DNA of 62,900 nucleotides, the filler included, from Octopus bimaculoides (taxonomy: Eukaryota): assembly GCF_001194135.2 (NCBI RefSeq). It is 6 parts of 6 records of this genome, joined end to end, with 100 filler letters (N's around TTAATTAATTAA, not from the genome) between each part and the next. Parts side by side here need not be neighbours in the genome. Positions count along the whole stretch, not along the records: positions 5,935 to 32,727 come from NC_068982.1; positions 32,828 to 50,447 come from NC_069008.1; 4 more parts are not named here. One strand, given 5' to 3'. Under the pieces are notes generated by a model. The model had not been told where the DNA came from. It worked only from the letters and a program-made list of their open reading frames with translations, and did no database searches. This document shows positions 25,616 to 36,368 of this stretch, piece after piece; positions within the stretch are counted from its first letter, which is position 1; each line of letters starts with the position of its first letter. The position numbers and the translations under genes are program-made.

Positions 25616-26008
25616 CGTGTGTTTGCGTGAAAGGGAAGAGAGAAAATGTGTTTGAGATCATGGAATAATTACTTCTAAAAGAAGATGGCTCATCTGGTTA
25701 CATGGTGAATTGTGACGTTTTTTGAATGTAATGTTTGTTGACTTTAGCCTTAACCTCGATGTCGCCAGACGATGTCAATTGATGTTTTAACTCTTGTTGG
25801 CGTGTTAACAGTGGTGACCTGATCACTTCCCACCTCCTCCTTCTGGCTTTCAGCTTAGCTCCCTCTCTCTCATTCCATACTTCTTTTTGGATCCCCACTT
25901 GCAGCAAGCAATTGTGGTTGTGCCTTTTAAACATCTTTTCCTGTCATTCCAATGGCTATGAGCATTCTCCGTATTGATTGGATAGGCGGAGGGGGGGATC
26001 CTCTAGGA

Positions 26009-26925
26009 CAGTGGTTCTCAACCGGGGTCATTATGGTCTCTGATTTTGGGAGGTTCATGCAACAAAATAGTAAATTGGGGATCCACAATAGTATTTTAAG
26101 GGGACCCGAAAAAATTTTGCTTTATATGTATATATTGCAAGAAACAGCTAGGATCTATTTCAAAACGGGGGCACTAGTATTTTCTTAACGAAACACTAAC
26201 GAAACACTTTGAAACTTGGGACACTGGTAGAATGTGTCATATAAAACATCTTTTACTCTTAGTCTTCTTAACAAAAAAACGTACATCGTAAGTTATTCCA
26301 TGTGAAAGTTGTCGTATTTCTGTAATTTCAACCAATCACTGACGTCTATTCAGCTGAATAGAGTTACTGCTTAGCGGTCATAAAAATGTTATTCCCTGTG
26401 ACATATTTCATCCGGTTTAATCGTAATTTATACGCATATATTGTTTATATAATAAATTACGCTGTGCGTATCTATGTGTGTNNNNNNNNNNNNNNNNNNN
26501 NNNNNNNNNNNNNNNNNNNNNNNNNNNNNNNNNNNNNNNNNNNNNNNNNGTCAGTGATTAGTAGAAATTATCGAAATAAGACAATTTTTTACATGAAATA
26601 AATTCGAATACAAAATTTTTTTTCTGTTCTATAACACAAAATAGATAAGTATACGAAGTTTGAAAGTCTTTCGGTACCAAAAACACTACATAAAACATAA
26701 ATGAAAACTGGCGCCCCCGTTTTAAAATAGATCCAACAGGGATCTAGGTTTCTTTCTCTAACATCTTACATAGTCCACCTGCACAAGTTGTGAGAAAAAC
26801 AAAATAGGAATTTTGAAAGAAATTTCTATGAAACTAGTTTTTAAACATCGAATGGTCATGGAGTTCCACCAGAATAAAATAGTAATCAAAGGTGTCTATA
26901 GATAAAAATTGGTTAAGAATCCCTG
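26009..26925 (+). mobile_element. hAT-type MITE with 8-bp TSD, interrupted by a nested MITE
   Basis: TIRs cagtggttctcaacc / ggttaagaatccctg; flanks ctctagga (26001-26008) and ctctagcg (26926-26933). Confidence 0.8.
26151..26744. mobile_element. Nested MITE with TA target-site duplication (Tc1/mariner-superfamily type)
   Basis: TIRs ggatctatttcaaaacgggggcactag / ctggcgcccccgttttaaaatagatcc; flanked by cagcTA and TAggtttc; absent from the 16107-16440 copy. Confidence 0.75.
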
Positions 26926-28345
26926 CTCTAGCGTCAACTGCAACTGGGAATAGACACATCCACCAACTTTTATCCCCGCAAACCTGAAAAAGGACCTAAT
27001 GGTTTGGCTTTCTTCAGTTAAAAGGCTTGAGTGCACCTTACTTCCCATGAAACTGTAAGGCTGATGAAAATGATCGTCTTCATTTCCCCAGAACAATATC
27101 TGTTCTCAAGGTTGCTTAGACGACCAGACTTCTTCTCTACTTTCATATCCCATCATTACACTTTTTATAGTTTTATCGTTTTAATTGTTAATTAATTGCT
27201 TTATAGTTAACGAGTCCCAGAATAATGCAGAAATCCGCCCTGATCAAGAGGCTTATCGGTCGGGGAAGATATGGCCTGACATGGAGTAAAAAGAAAATGA
27301 AAGACATTCTATTTTGAAAATTGTCCAGCAACAGCGGCCTACTCAGCTAGTATGCATGTATGTGTATGTGTGTGTATGCGTGCGTGCGTGTGTGTGTGTG
27401 CGTGCGCGAGCGCATGTGTGTGTGGGTGTCTGTCCGAGTTTCTTACTCCTCACACGCTCCACCACATGACAACCTGTGTCGTGATCTAGCAGTTCAGCAA
27501 AACTGACCAACAAAATAAATATCAGATTAAAAAAAAGACTAGTGGGTACTGAAACCCTTGAAGGCGGCGCCCTATTATGACCTGCAACTAAAAAGAAGTA
27601 AAAAGATATATAATATTTATTAATCAAAGGCGACGAACCGGGCGAAATGCTGAGCGGTATTTTGTCTGTCTTTATGTTCTGAGTTCAAATTCCATCGAGG
27701 TCGACTTTGCCTTTCATCCTTTCGGGGGTCGAATTAAGTACCAGTTGCGTACTGGGTCGAGCTAATCGACTGGCTCCCTCCCCCAAAATTTCGGGTCTTG
27801 TGCCTAGAGTAGAAAAGAATATATATTAATTAATGAGCACACTCCTTTAATGTTTAAATACCGAATAAATATATCCTATAAACATGTTCACTTTGGCGTA
27901 TTTAGAGACCAAAGCACGCGCAAAACACAGGCGCGCGCACATACACACACATACAGACAGTCACACACACACACACACACATACAGACAGTCACACACAT
28001 CCACACACACACACACACAGTGAGACAGAAATACACTTTTCCTCTGTGTCCCCTCTCTCACTCTTTTTATCAGACTCAATCCTTGTCACGCGAACATATA
28101 CAAAACACACATTCACAGATGATAGACGCGCGCGCACGCGCACACGCACACACACACACATGCACACACACACACGCATACAGACACACACACACACACA
28201 CACACATGCACACAAAGCGCAAACGGAAGCGAATCACACTAACACACACATACACACATTTAGAAAATAGAATTACATTAACATACACATACACACACCC
28301 ATACACTCGGAGTCTGACGACAGAAATAGCTTTTCTCACTCACTT

Positions 28346-28383
<38 letters not shown>

Positions 28384-29036
28384 GCACACACTCTCTCTCT
28401 CTTTCATAGACACGCAAGCACAAAAACAGACATGCACACACATATTTATTAGCCGATACAAAATATACTCATACAAGATATTTTGCACACAACACATACA
28501 TACTTAAGAATCAAGAATCACACACTTACAGAAAGACACTCGTCGACACAAATATTTAATTAGGAGTGCTAAAATATAGAACTGTAGCCCTCTTTACGCC
28601 TCCAGCCAGTTGCTACACCGCCTCATCGGAAAAATTCGTTAATCATCGTCAGACTATGAGAAAAAGACAAATATATTTAGGGGAAATATCAACAGGTATG
28701 ACGTCAATACGCGAGAAAGAGGTGCGTGTATGTGTGTGTGTGTATCTGTATGTATGTATGTATGTATGTATGTATGTATGTATGTATGTATGTATGTAGG
28801 ATATTTAAATTGATTCAATGAAATGGAAGGGTACCCTTTAATCCGTTTCTGTCAGCACGTTGTGTGTGTGTGTGTATGTGTGTGTGTGTGTGTGCGTGTG
28901 TATGCATGTGTGTGTACCTGTGTGCGCGTGTGTGTGTAAGTTTGCGTGGCACCTTGGGCAAGTGTTTTCTCCTATAGCCTCGGGCTGACCAAATTCTTGA
29001 GTGGATTTGGTAGACGGAAACTGAAAGAAGCCCGTC

Positions 29037-29067
<31 letters not shown>

Positions 29068-29632
29068 NNNNNNNNNNNNNNNNNNNNNNNNNNNNNNNNN
29101 NNNNNNNNNNNNNNNNNNNNNNNNNNNNNNNNNNNNNNNNNNNNNNNNNNNNNNNNNNNNNNNNNNNNNNNNNNNNNNNNNNNNNNNNNNNNNNNNNNNN
29201 NNNNNNNNNNNNNNNNNNNNNNNNNNNNNNNNNNNNNNNNNNNNNNNNNNNNNNNNNNNNNNNNNNNNNNNNNNNNNNNNNNNNNNNNNNNNNNNNNNNN
29301 NNNNNNNNNNNNNNNNNNNNNNNNNNNNNNNNNNNNNNNNNNNNNNNNNNNNNNNNNNNNNNNNNNNNNNNNNNNNNNNNNNNNNNNNNNNNNNNNNNNN
29401 NNNNNNNNNNNNNNNNNNNNATATATATGTGTGTGTGTGTGTGTGTGCGTGAATATTCTTGGAAATGGCTGCGTGGCGTTCAATCATATAATAATATAAA
29501 TAATACATATATATATATATATATGCATATATATATATAGTTGAAATTTATTTTTAAAAAAACAAAAGACGAAGACAGGTGTATGAACAACAAGAAAGTG
29601 TATTAGTTTGGCGCTCGGGAAAATGAAAAAGT

Positions 29633-29668
29633 CTTTTACGTTTCGAGCCTATGCTCTTCAACAGAAAG
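29633..29668 (-). ncRNA. Minimal type I hammerhead-like motif with CUGUUGA core
   Basis: Minus strand: cttt-CTGTTGA-a-gagc(atag)gctc-GAA-acgt-A-aaag; palindromic ACGT stem III, GUA site. Confidence 0.55.
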
Positions 29669-30626
29669 GAATAAGAGAAAATAAACAGAGAATGAAAAAA
29701 AAAACTGGTAGATTTCAGTGGTCCATGTATGTATGTATGTGAAATATGTGTATGTATGTATGTGTGTGTGTAAGTATGTATGTGTTTATGTGTGCGTGTC
29801 TGTATTTACCCTCCCCCGCCATTGCTTGACAATCGATACTGATGTATTTATGTCCCCGTAACTTGGCGATTTGGCAGATGGGACCGATAGAATAAGTACT
29901 AGGTTTGCAAAGAATAAGTTCGGGGTCAATTTCTTCGACTAAAAATTCCTTTAAGGCGGTGCTCCAGAATGACCGCAGTCAAATGCCTGAAACAAAAAAA
30001 AAATTAAAAAAAGAATATATAATATATATATGTACATATTGATGCTAAATATCCATAGGACACACTGATGAACAACGTTTGATATGAATGTATCAATTGA
30101 GATATTAGAAAATGAGTGGATGTAGGCGGAGGAGGGAGATTTAGAGGGGATTGGCCCAGGGTGTGACTGTGGAGTTGGATACAAAATCGGCAGCAACGGT
30201 GAAGGTTTTCTGCACGAGGATACTGGATCTAGTTAACTTGATTCACAAAATATGTATTTTTTAAAAGGAAGTAAAAAACAGAAAAATTAAAACAAAACAC
30301 GCTGGTAAAAAGAATCTTGTGGTATGATGAATGAACACAGAACAACGTGCGGCACAGACAAGGGTGAAGTGAAACGCAACAAAGCGTGCGGTTGTCAAGG
30401 TAATAAGCTGCTAATGCCACGCTGTTTGTTGATTGGCTAAAATTACCCAAGTTTTCCAACTTTAATTCCAAATAAGATCAGATTCTTTAATTTACAACAT
30501 AAAGTAATTGATTGAAAGTTGAAATGAAGTGTTTTGCCCAAGCACACAACACACAACCGGTTTGAGAATCGAAGCCTCTATCTCACGAACATGAGCGCAA
30601 TACCCCTAACCACTAGGCTACGCGCC

Positions 30627-30697
<71 letters not shown>

Positions 30698-30793
30698 ACA
30701 CACACACACATACACATTCTGCTTTTTGGTCGTAAACGAATGAAAATGTTTTCAGTACGTTTATTTTTGGGACTCAGCTGATGATTCGTTCCG

Positions 30794-30848
30794 TTACTAC
30801 TCCGAGTTTCATATACATCTAGTTGTACTCGTACACTCGTTCAGGCAA
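30794..30848 (-). ncRNA. Type I hammerhead motif in the 3' region of a Penelope-like element
   Basis: Minus strand: ttgc-CTGAACGA-gtgtac(14 nt)gtatat-GAA-actc(g)gagt-A-gtaa; one extra core nucleotide. Confidence 0.6.
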
Positions 30849-31039
30849 TATTTGGTGAATGAAGCGGTGTATTGGCAGAATACATCACCAAACTGATTCT
30901 CTTTGGTCAAGAGAGGCAAGGTGGTAGAATACGTAGCATTTCAGAGATATAGTTGTTACTAGCTAAACTATTGTGGTATTTAGAGAAATATCACTCAGTT
31001 TAGCCTTGCGGTCGTTACGAAGCACGGGAGCATGGATGT

Positions 31040-31390
31040 TTTCCAAGAGAAATTGTCTCCTGTGATGGCAAGTAGATATTTCTTTCTCCGATTAAGTGCT
31101 ACAGCAGGTTGTTAAAATATTTGAAAATTTTCAGTTAGATATAGCCCACAGTTTCGGACTCTATCACATTACAGAGTAAATTTCCATTTCCATTTCCATG
31201 CTATTGGGTTCTATCCGGTTCACAAACCCAGAATTTCCAAGCAAATTGGGACAAAGCTTAGAACCTGAAAGTCTTCGTGACAAGTCTCGTATAATACTTT
31301 CATTACCTTCGAAAAGTGTTATAGATAATTTGTATATCACTGTTTTGGAGGGGCAAGATCCTCTAAGCGGGCAAGTTAGACTTCTGTAAT
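31040..31390 (-). mobile_element. Penelope-like element remnant (Cys linker, GIY-YIG endonuclease, C-terminus)
   Basis: Minus-strand frames give TCPLRGSCPSKTVIYK, KYYTRLVTKTFR (cf. YIGLT...FK.R), CGLYLTENFQI and LNRRK/EISTCHHRRQFLL (cf. LNKRSEL.S.CRH..KF). Confidence 0.7.
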
Positions 31391-31469
31391 GTTAGGACGA
31401 GGCTTGTCTAGGTGCGTTTTCATTTGTGGTATGTAATCTGAGAAGTTGCATGGGGCCGAATCAAACCTA

Positions 31470-31890
31470 GAAAATCAAAACAATCGACAAATGGTATAAA
31501 CACCGTCCTGAGGCTGTAACTGAGGGAGAAAATCTAACGATTCTTTGGGACTTTCCAGTACATACAGACAGAACCACCAAATTTAATAAACCAAATATTG
31601 CTGTGAAAGACCAAAATGATGAATTCTGTTTTATTCATTGGCATGAGTATTCCTTGTCATCATAATATCTCAGCAAAAGAATTTAAGAAGCTCACAAAGT
31701 ATAAAGATTTGCTCATTGAAATCGAAAACATGTGGCAATTCAAGGCGGTTGCAATACCAGTGATTGTAGGGGAACTTGGAATGACCAAAAAAGGAACTGA
31801 AAATTTTTTTAGAATGATCACTGGCTTGCCATCCTTGCAAGAAGTACGAAACATAGTTTTAACTGGTACGTCATACAAACGTTGTTGCTG
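31470..31890 (+). mobile_element. 3' fragment of an RLE-type (R4/Dong-like) non-LTR retrotransposon
   Basis: KWYKHRPEAVTEGENLTILWDFPVHTDRT..NKPNI then SIP..NISAKEFKKLTKYKDLLIEIENMW..KAVAIPVIVGELG, the PD..D restriction-like endonuclease C-terminus. Confidence 0.8.
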
Positions 31891-32051
31891 TAAGGACGAT
31901 TACCAGTCATGTAATTTTTTTTCTTTCACATTACCTCATTTGATTTTGTAAATGAACAATCTGATGTGTTTATTTTAATGGCCCAGTGAGTTTCTTTACC
32001 CAAGGTGCCGGGAAAATACTCAGCAAGAAATGGAAACAAAAATGAAAGAAC

Positions 32052-32137
<86 letters not shown>

Positions 32138-33758
32138 TGTGAGTGTACGTGCATATATGAACTAAAATGGCACTCTGTCGTTTACGACGTCGAGGGTTCC
32201 AGTTGTATGTATATGCATATATACACACATATATATATGCATATATGAATGCATGTATATATACGTGCATGTACGTATGTATGTATGTGTGTGCATGTGT
32301 GTTCTTGAATGATGTTCAAAATTTCTTGTAAATAAATGTTTCTTATTTCTTTATTTAATTAAATATTCTCCGGAGTCATCGGAGCACCTAATCGTTTTGC
32401 AATAATATCTGTGGACTTAGAATCACTATTGAAGTCTTTTTCCGAGCCAGGCAACTTTCCGGCCATCAACCCTCCCCAGTTTTATATATAAAAAAATTTA
32501 AAGTACGAAAATGGAATAAATTCAATTAAATAACTTGACTGCGAGATGCAGGCATAGCTGTGTTGGTAAGAATCTCGCTTTGCAACCATGTCATTTCGAG
32601 TTCTGTTCCACTGTGTGACACTTTCGGCACGAGCCTTTTACTATAAGCTCCGGCCAACCAATGCATTATGAGTGAATTTGATAGATGGAAGCTATGTGGA
32701 AGCCCCTTGTGCGTGTGTGTGTGTGTGNNNNNNNNNNNNNNNNNNNNNNNNNNNNNNNNNNNNNNNNNNNNTTAATTAATTAANNNNNNNNNNNNNNNNN
32801 NNNNNNNNNNNNNNNNNNNNNNNNNNNTATATATATATATATATATATATAGGTATATTCCACACAGATGTACTTGTGTGTCTATGTATGTAGATATGGA
32901 AATATATTTACAGATCTAATATCTGTTGTCAGTTTGTTTTGTTGAGACTTAGCGCGAGTGCAGCCGGGTGGCAAGGAGCATCGAACAGACAAGTGTATAC
33001 TCAAAGATGTGCATATGAGAGGACAGCTTTTAATTTGTCTTGGTCATTGGCCTATGGCCATGCTGGGGCACCACTTTGATGGCTTTCCATTCAAATCTAC
33101 TCCCGTACTTCTTGTTTTGGTTGTATGCTGAACTGCTAAGCTCTAGGGACATAAACAAACTTACAGCGGTTGGGGGCAAACACAGACACAGAAACATGCA
33201 CACATAAATATATGCTTTTTACTTGTTACAGTCGTTTGGCTCTGGCCATGCTGGAGCACTGCCTTGAAGGGGTTTAGCTGAACAAATCAACCCCAGGACT
33301 TTTTTTTTTAATATATATATATTTATATGTTCTTTATTCTTCTATTTGGTTCAGTCATTTGACTGTGGCCATACTGGAGCACTGCCTTCAGTCGAACAAA
33401 TCAACCCCAGGACTTATTCTTTGTAAGCCTATTACTTATTCTATCGGTCACTTTTGCCGAACTGCTAAGTTATGGGGACGTAAGCACACCAATATCGGTT
33501 GTCAAGCGATGTTGGGGGGACAAACTCAGGCACACAAATACACACATATATATTTATACACATGACAGACTTCTTTCAGTTTCCATCTACCAAATCCACT
33601 CACAAGGCTTTGGTCAGCCTGAGGTGAGGCTATAGTAGAAGACACCTGCCCAAGGTGCCACACAGTGGGACTGAACCCGGAACCATGTGGTTGAAAAACG
33701 AGCTTCTTACCACACAGCCACTCCTACTCCTATCTATCTGTCTGTCTGTCTGTCTCTG

Positions 33759-33841
<83 letters not shown>

Positions 33842-34229
33842 GTGTGTGTGTGTGTGTGTGTGCACATACCTTAATACCAATATATATATCTTTATGTGTG
33901 TCTATATATACACACGGTCACACACACATGCACGCACTCACACACACCCGCACATACATGATGGACTTCTACACAGTTTCCGTCTACCAAATTCCCTCAC
34001 AGGGCATTGGTTGGGCCAAGGCTATAAGCAGAAAATGGTGCTTGCCCCAGGTACCCTGCAGTGGGATTGAGCCCCCAAACCACAGTGTTACAAAGTAAGC
34101 TTCTTACCCAAAGAGCCATTTTTGTTGTTGTTGTTGTTGTAATGAAATCCCAATTCAGCAACCACTGAATAAACCACTCCCAACCATTCTATACACATCG
34201 ACAATACAAACAATGCCATGCTGAAGAGG

Positions 34230-34643
34230 ATCGTTGGTGTCTCAGTAGCAATGGTGGTGGGGATGTTGGTGGTGGTAGTAGCAATGGCAGTTGTGGTGGT
34301 GGCGCTGGTGGTGATGTTGGCTGTAGCAGTGGTGGTGGCAGTGTCAGTGGTTCTGGCGGTAGTGATGGTGGTCGTCGTGATGGTAGTAGCAGTGGCGGTT
34401 GTGGTGGTCGTGGCGCTGGTGGTGATGTTGGTTGTAGCAGTGGTGGTGGCGATGTTGGTGGTGATCGTGGTGGTAGTAGCATTGGCAGTTATGGTGGCAG
34501 CGCTGGTAGTGATGTTGGTTGTAGCAGTGGTGGTGGCAGTGTCAGTGGTTCTGGCGGTAGTGATGGTGGTCGTCGTGATGGTAGTAGCAGTGGCGGTTGT
34601 GGTGGTCGTGGCGCTGGTGGTGATGTTGGTTGTAGCAGTGGTG
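34230..34643. repeat. Compound trinucleotide (GTG/GTA/GCA) repeat with a 198-bp higher-order duplication
   Basis: Block gcagtgtcagtggttctggcgg.. starts at 34338 and again at 34536; runs into an N gap. Confidence 0.85.
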
Positions 34644-35321
34644 NNNNNNNNNNNNNNNNNNNNNNNNNNNNNNNNNNNNNNNNNNNNNNNNNNNNNNNNN
34701 NNNNNNNNNNNNNNNNNNNNNNNNNNNNNNNNNNNNNNNNNNNNNNNNNNNNNNNNNNNNNNNNNNNNNNNNNNNNNNNNNNNNNNNNNNNNNNNNNNNN
34801 NNNNNNNNNNNNNNNNNNNNNNNNNNNNNNNNNNNNNNNNNNNNNNNNNNNNNNNNNNNNNNNNNNNNNNNNNNNNNNNNNNNNNNNNNNNNNNNNNNNN
34901 NNNNNNNNNNNNNNNNNNNNNNNNNNNNNNNNNNNNNNNNNNNNNNNNNNNNNNNNNNNNNNNNNNNNNNNNNNNNNNNNNNNNNNNNNNNNNNNNNNNN
35001 NNNNNNNNNNNNNNNNNNNNNNNNNNNNNNNNNNNNNNNNNNNNNNNNNNNNNNNNNNNNNNNNNNNNNNNNNNNNNNNNNNNNNNNNNNNNNNNNNNNN
35101 NNNNNNNNNNNNNNNNNNNNNNNNNNNNNNNNNNNNNNNNNNNNNNNNNNNNNNNNNGGCATGCAGGGCGGGTTGTGTGGGGGAGGATTTTGTGGTATTC
35201 GGGGTGTCAGGTGTAAAGAGGGCAAGTTAAAAATTATGGATTTGCTTTTGTGCAAAGTGATATATGTGGACCTCTGCGAACTTGTGTGCATCTGTGTGAG
35301 TATTCATGTATGTGTTGACAG

Positions 35322-35790
35322 CTAGGTGTGGGCATAGCTTTGTGGTAAGAAGCTTGCTTTACAATCACATGGTTCCGGGTTCAGTCCCTCTGCATGGCAC
35401 CTTGGGTAAGTGTCTTCTACTATAGCCTTGGGCTGACCAAAGCCTTGTGAGTGGATTTGGTAGACAGAAACTGAAAGAAGCCTGTCATATATATCATCGT
35501 CATTTCCGTCTACCAAATCCACTCACAAAGCTTTGGTCAGCCTGAGACTACAGTAGAAGACACTTACCCAAGGTACCACACAGTGGGATTGAACCCGGAA
35601 CCATGCCTTTAGGGAGTAACCTTCTTACCACACAGCCACACTTGCATGTTTGCTTCCCAACCGAATGGTTCCGGGTTCAGTCGCACTGCATGGCACCTTG
35701 GGTAAGTGTTTTCCACTATATCCCCTGGGCCAACCAAAGCCATGTTTATGGTTTTTGTAGACGGAAACTGAATGAAGCTTGTCATAGATG
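35322..35790. mobile_element. Three SINE family A heads in alternating orientation (+/-/+)
   Basis: ~35322-35480 (+), ~35500-35640 (-), ~35650-35790 (+). Confidence 0.8.
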
Positions 35791-36149
35791 TGTACGTTGT
35801 TGTGCAGAAATGCAATAAAACTAGATATTGCAAAATGAAAATTCATAAATCGTTCGTCCCTCTTAACGAATTTGATTAATTTCATTTCACTTGTCATTCT
35901 TTTGTAATCTTTTACATTCAAATCAGTAAAATAAAGCATAAAATTACAGAAGAAAAGCAAAAAATAAAACAACAATGATTACAGATACTATTCATTCAAA
36001 TTCGTTTATTTAATAATTGTCACCTAAGATACAAACAATTTTTGTGGTCCTGTCTGATTTATGGAAATGTAAAACTCTTTTTCAAAACACCGTCGGACTT
36101 ATAATGTAAAGTAAACACAGATAACTAAAATATTGAAAAGTACCGTTTA

Positions 36150-36368
36150 TAGTAAAGTTTGTTTGCCAACATAACATGGCAGTCCTGGTTTAGGACAAAT
36201 GTTGCTGTAATTTAGCCCCAGGAGACATCATCTCCAGCTGGCTATACGACACGATCTGTGTCCTTATATTTTGCAGCCAGCTGGAGACGATGTCTCCTGG
36301 GGCTAAATTACAGCAACATTCGTCCTAAACCAGGACTGCCATGTTATGTTGGCAAACAACCTTTACTA
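36150..36368. repeat. Near-perfect foldback: ~94-bp arms with a 31-nt spacer
   Basis: 36150-36243 is the reverse complement of 36275-36368 with ~3 mismatches. Confidence 0.9.

Noticed and set aside
27059-27090. CTGATGA-aaatga..tcattt hairpin
   Set aside because: Followed by cccc rather than GAAA; likely chance.
28699-28706. Perfect CRE palindrome TGACGTCA
   Set aside because: One 8-mer in 63 kb is expected by chance, with no supporting promoter evidence.
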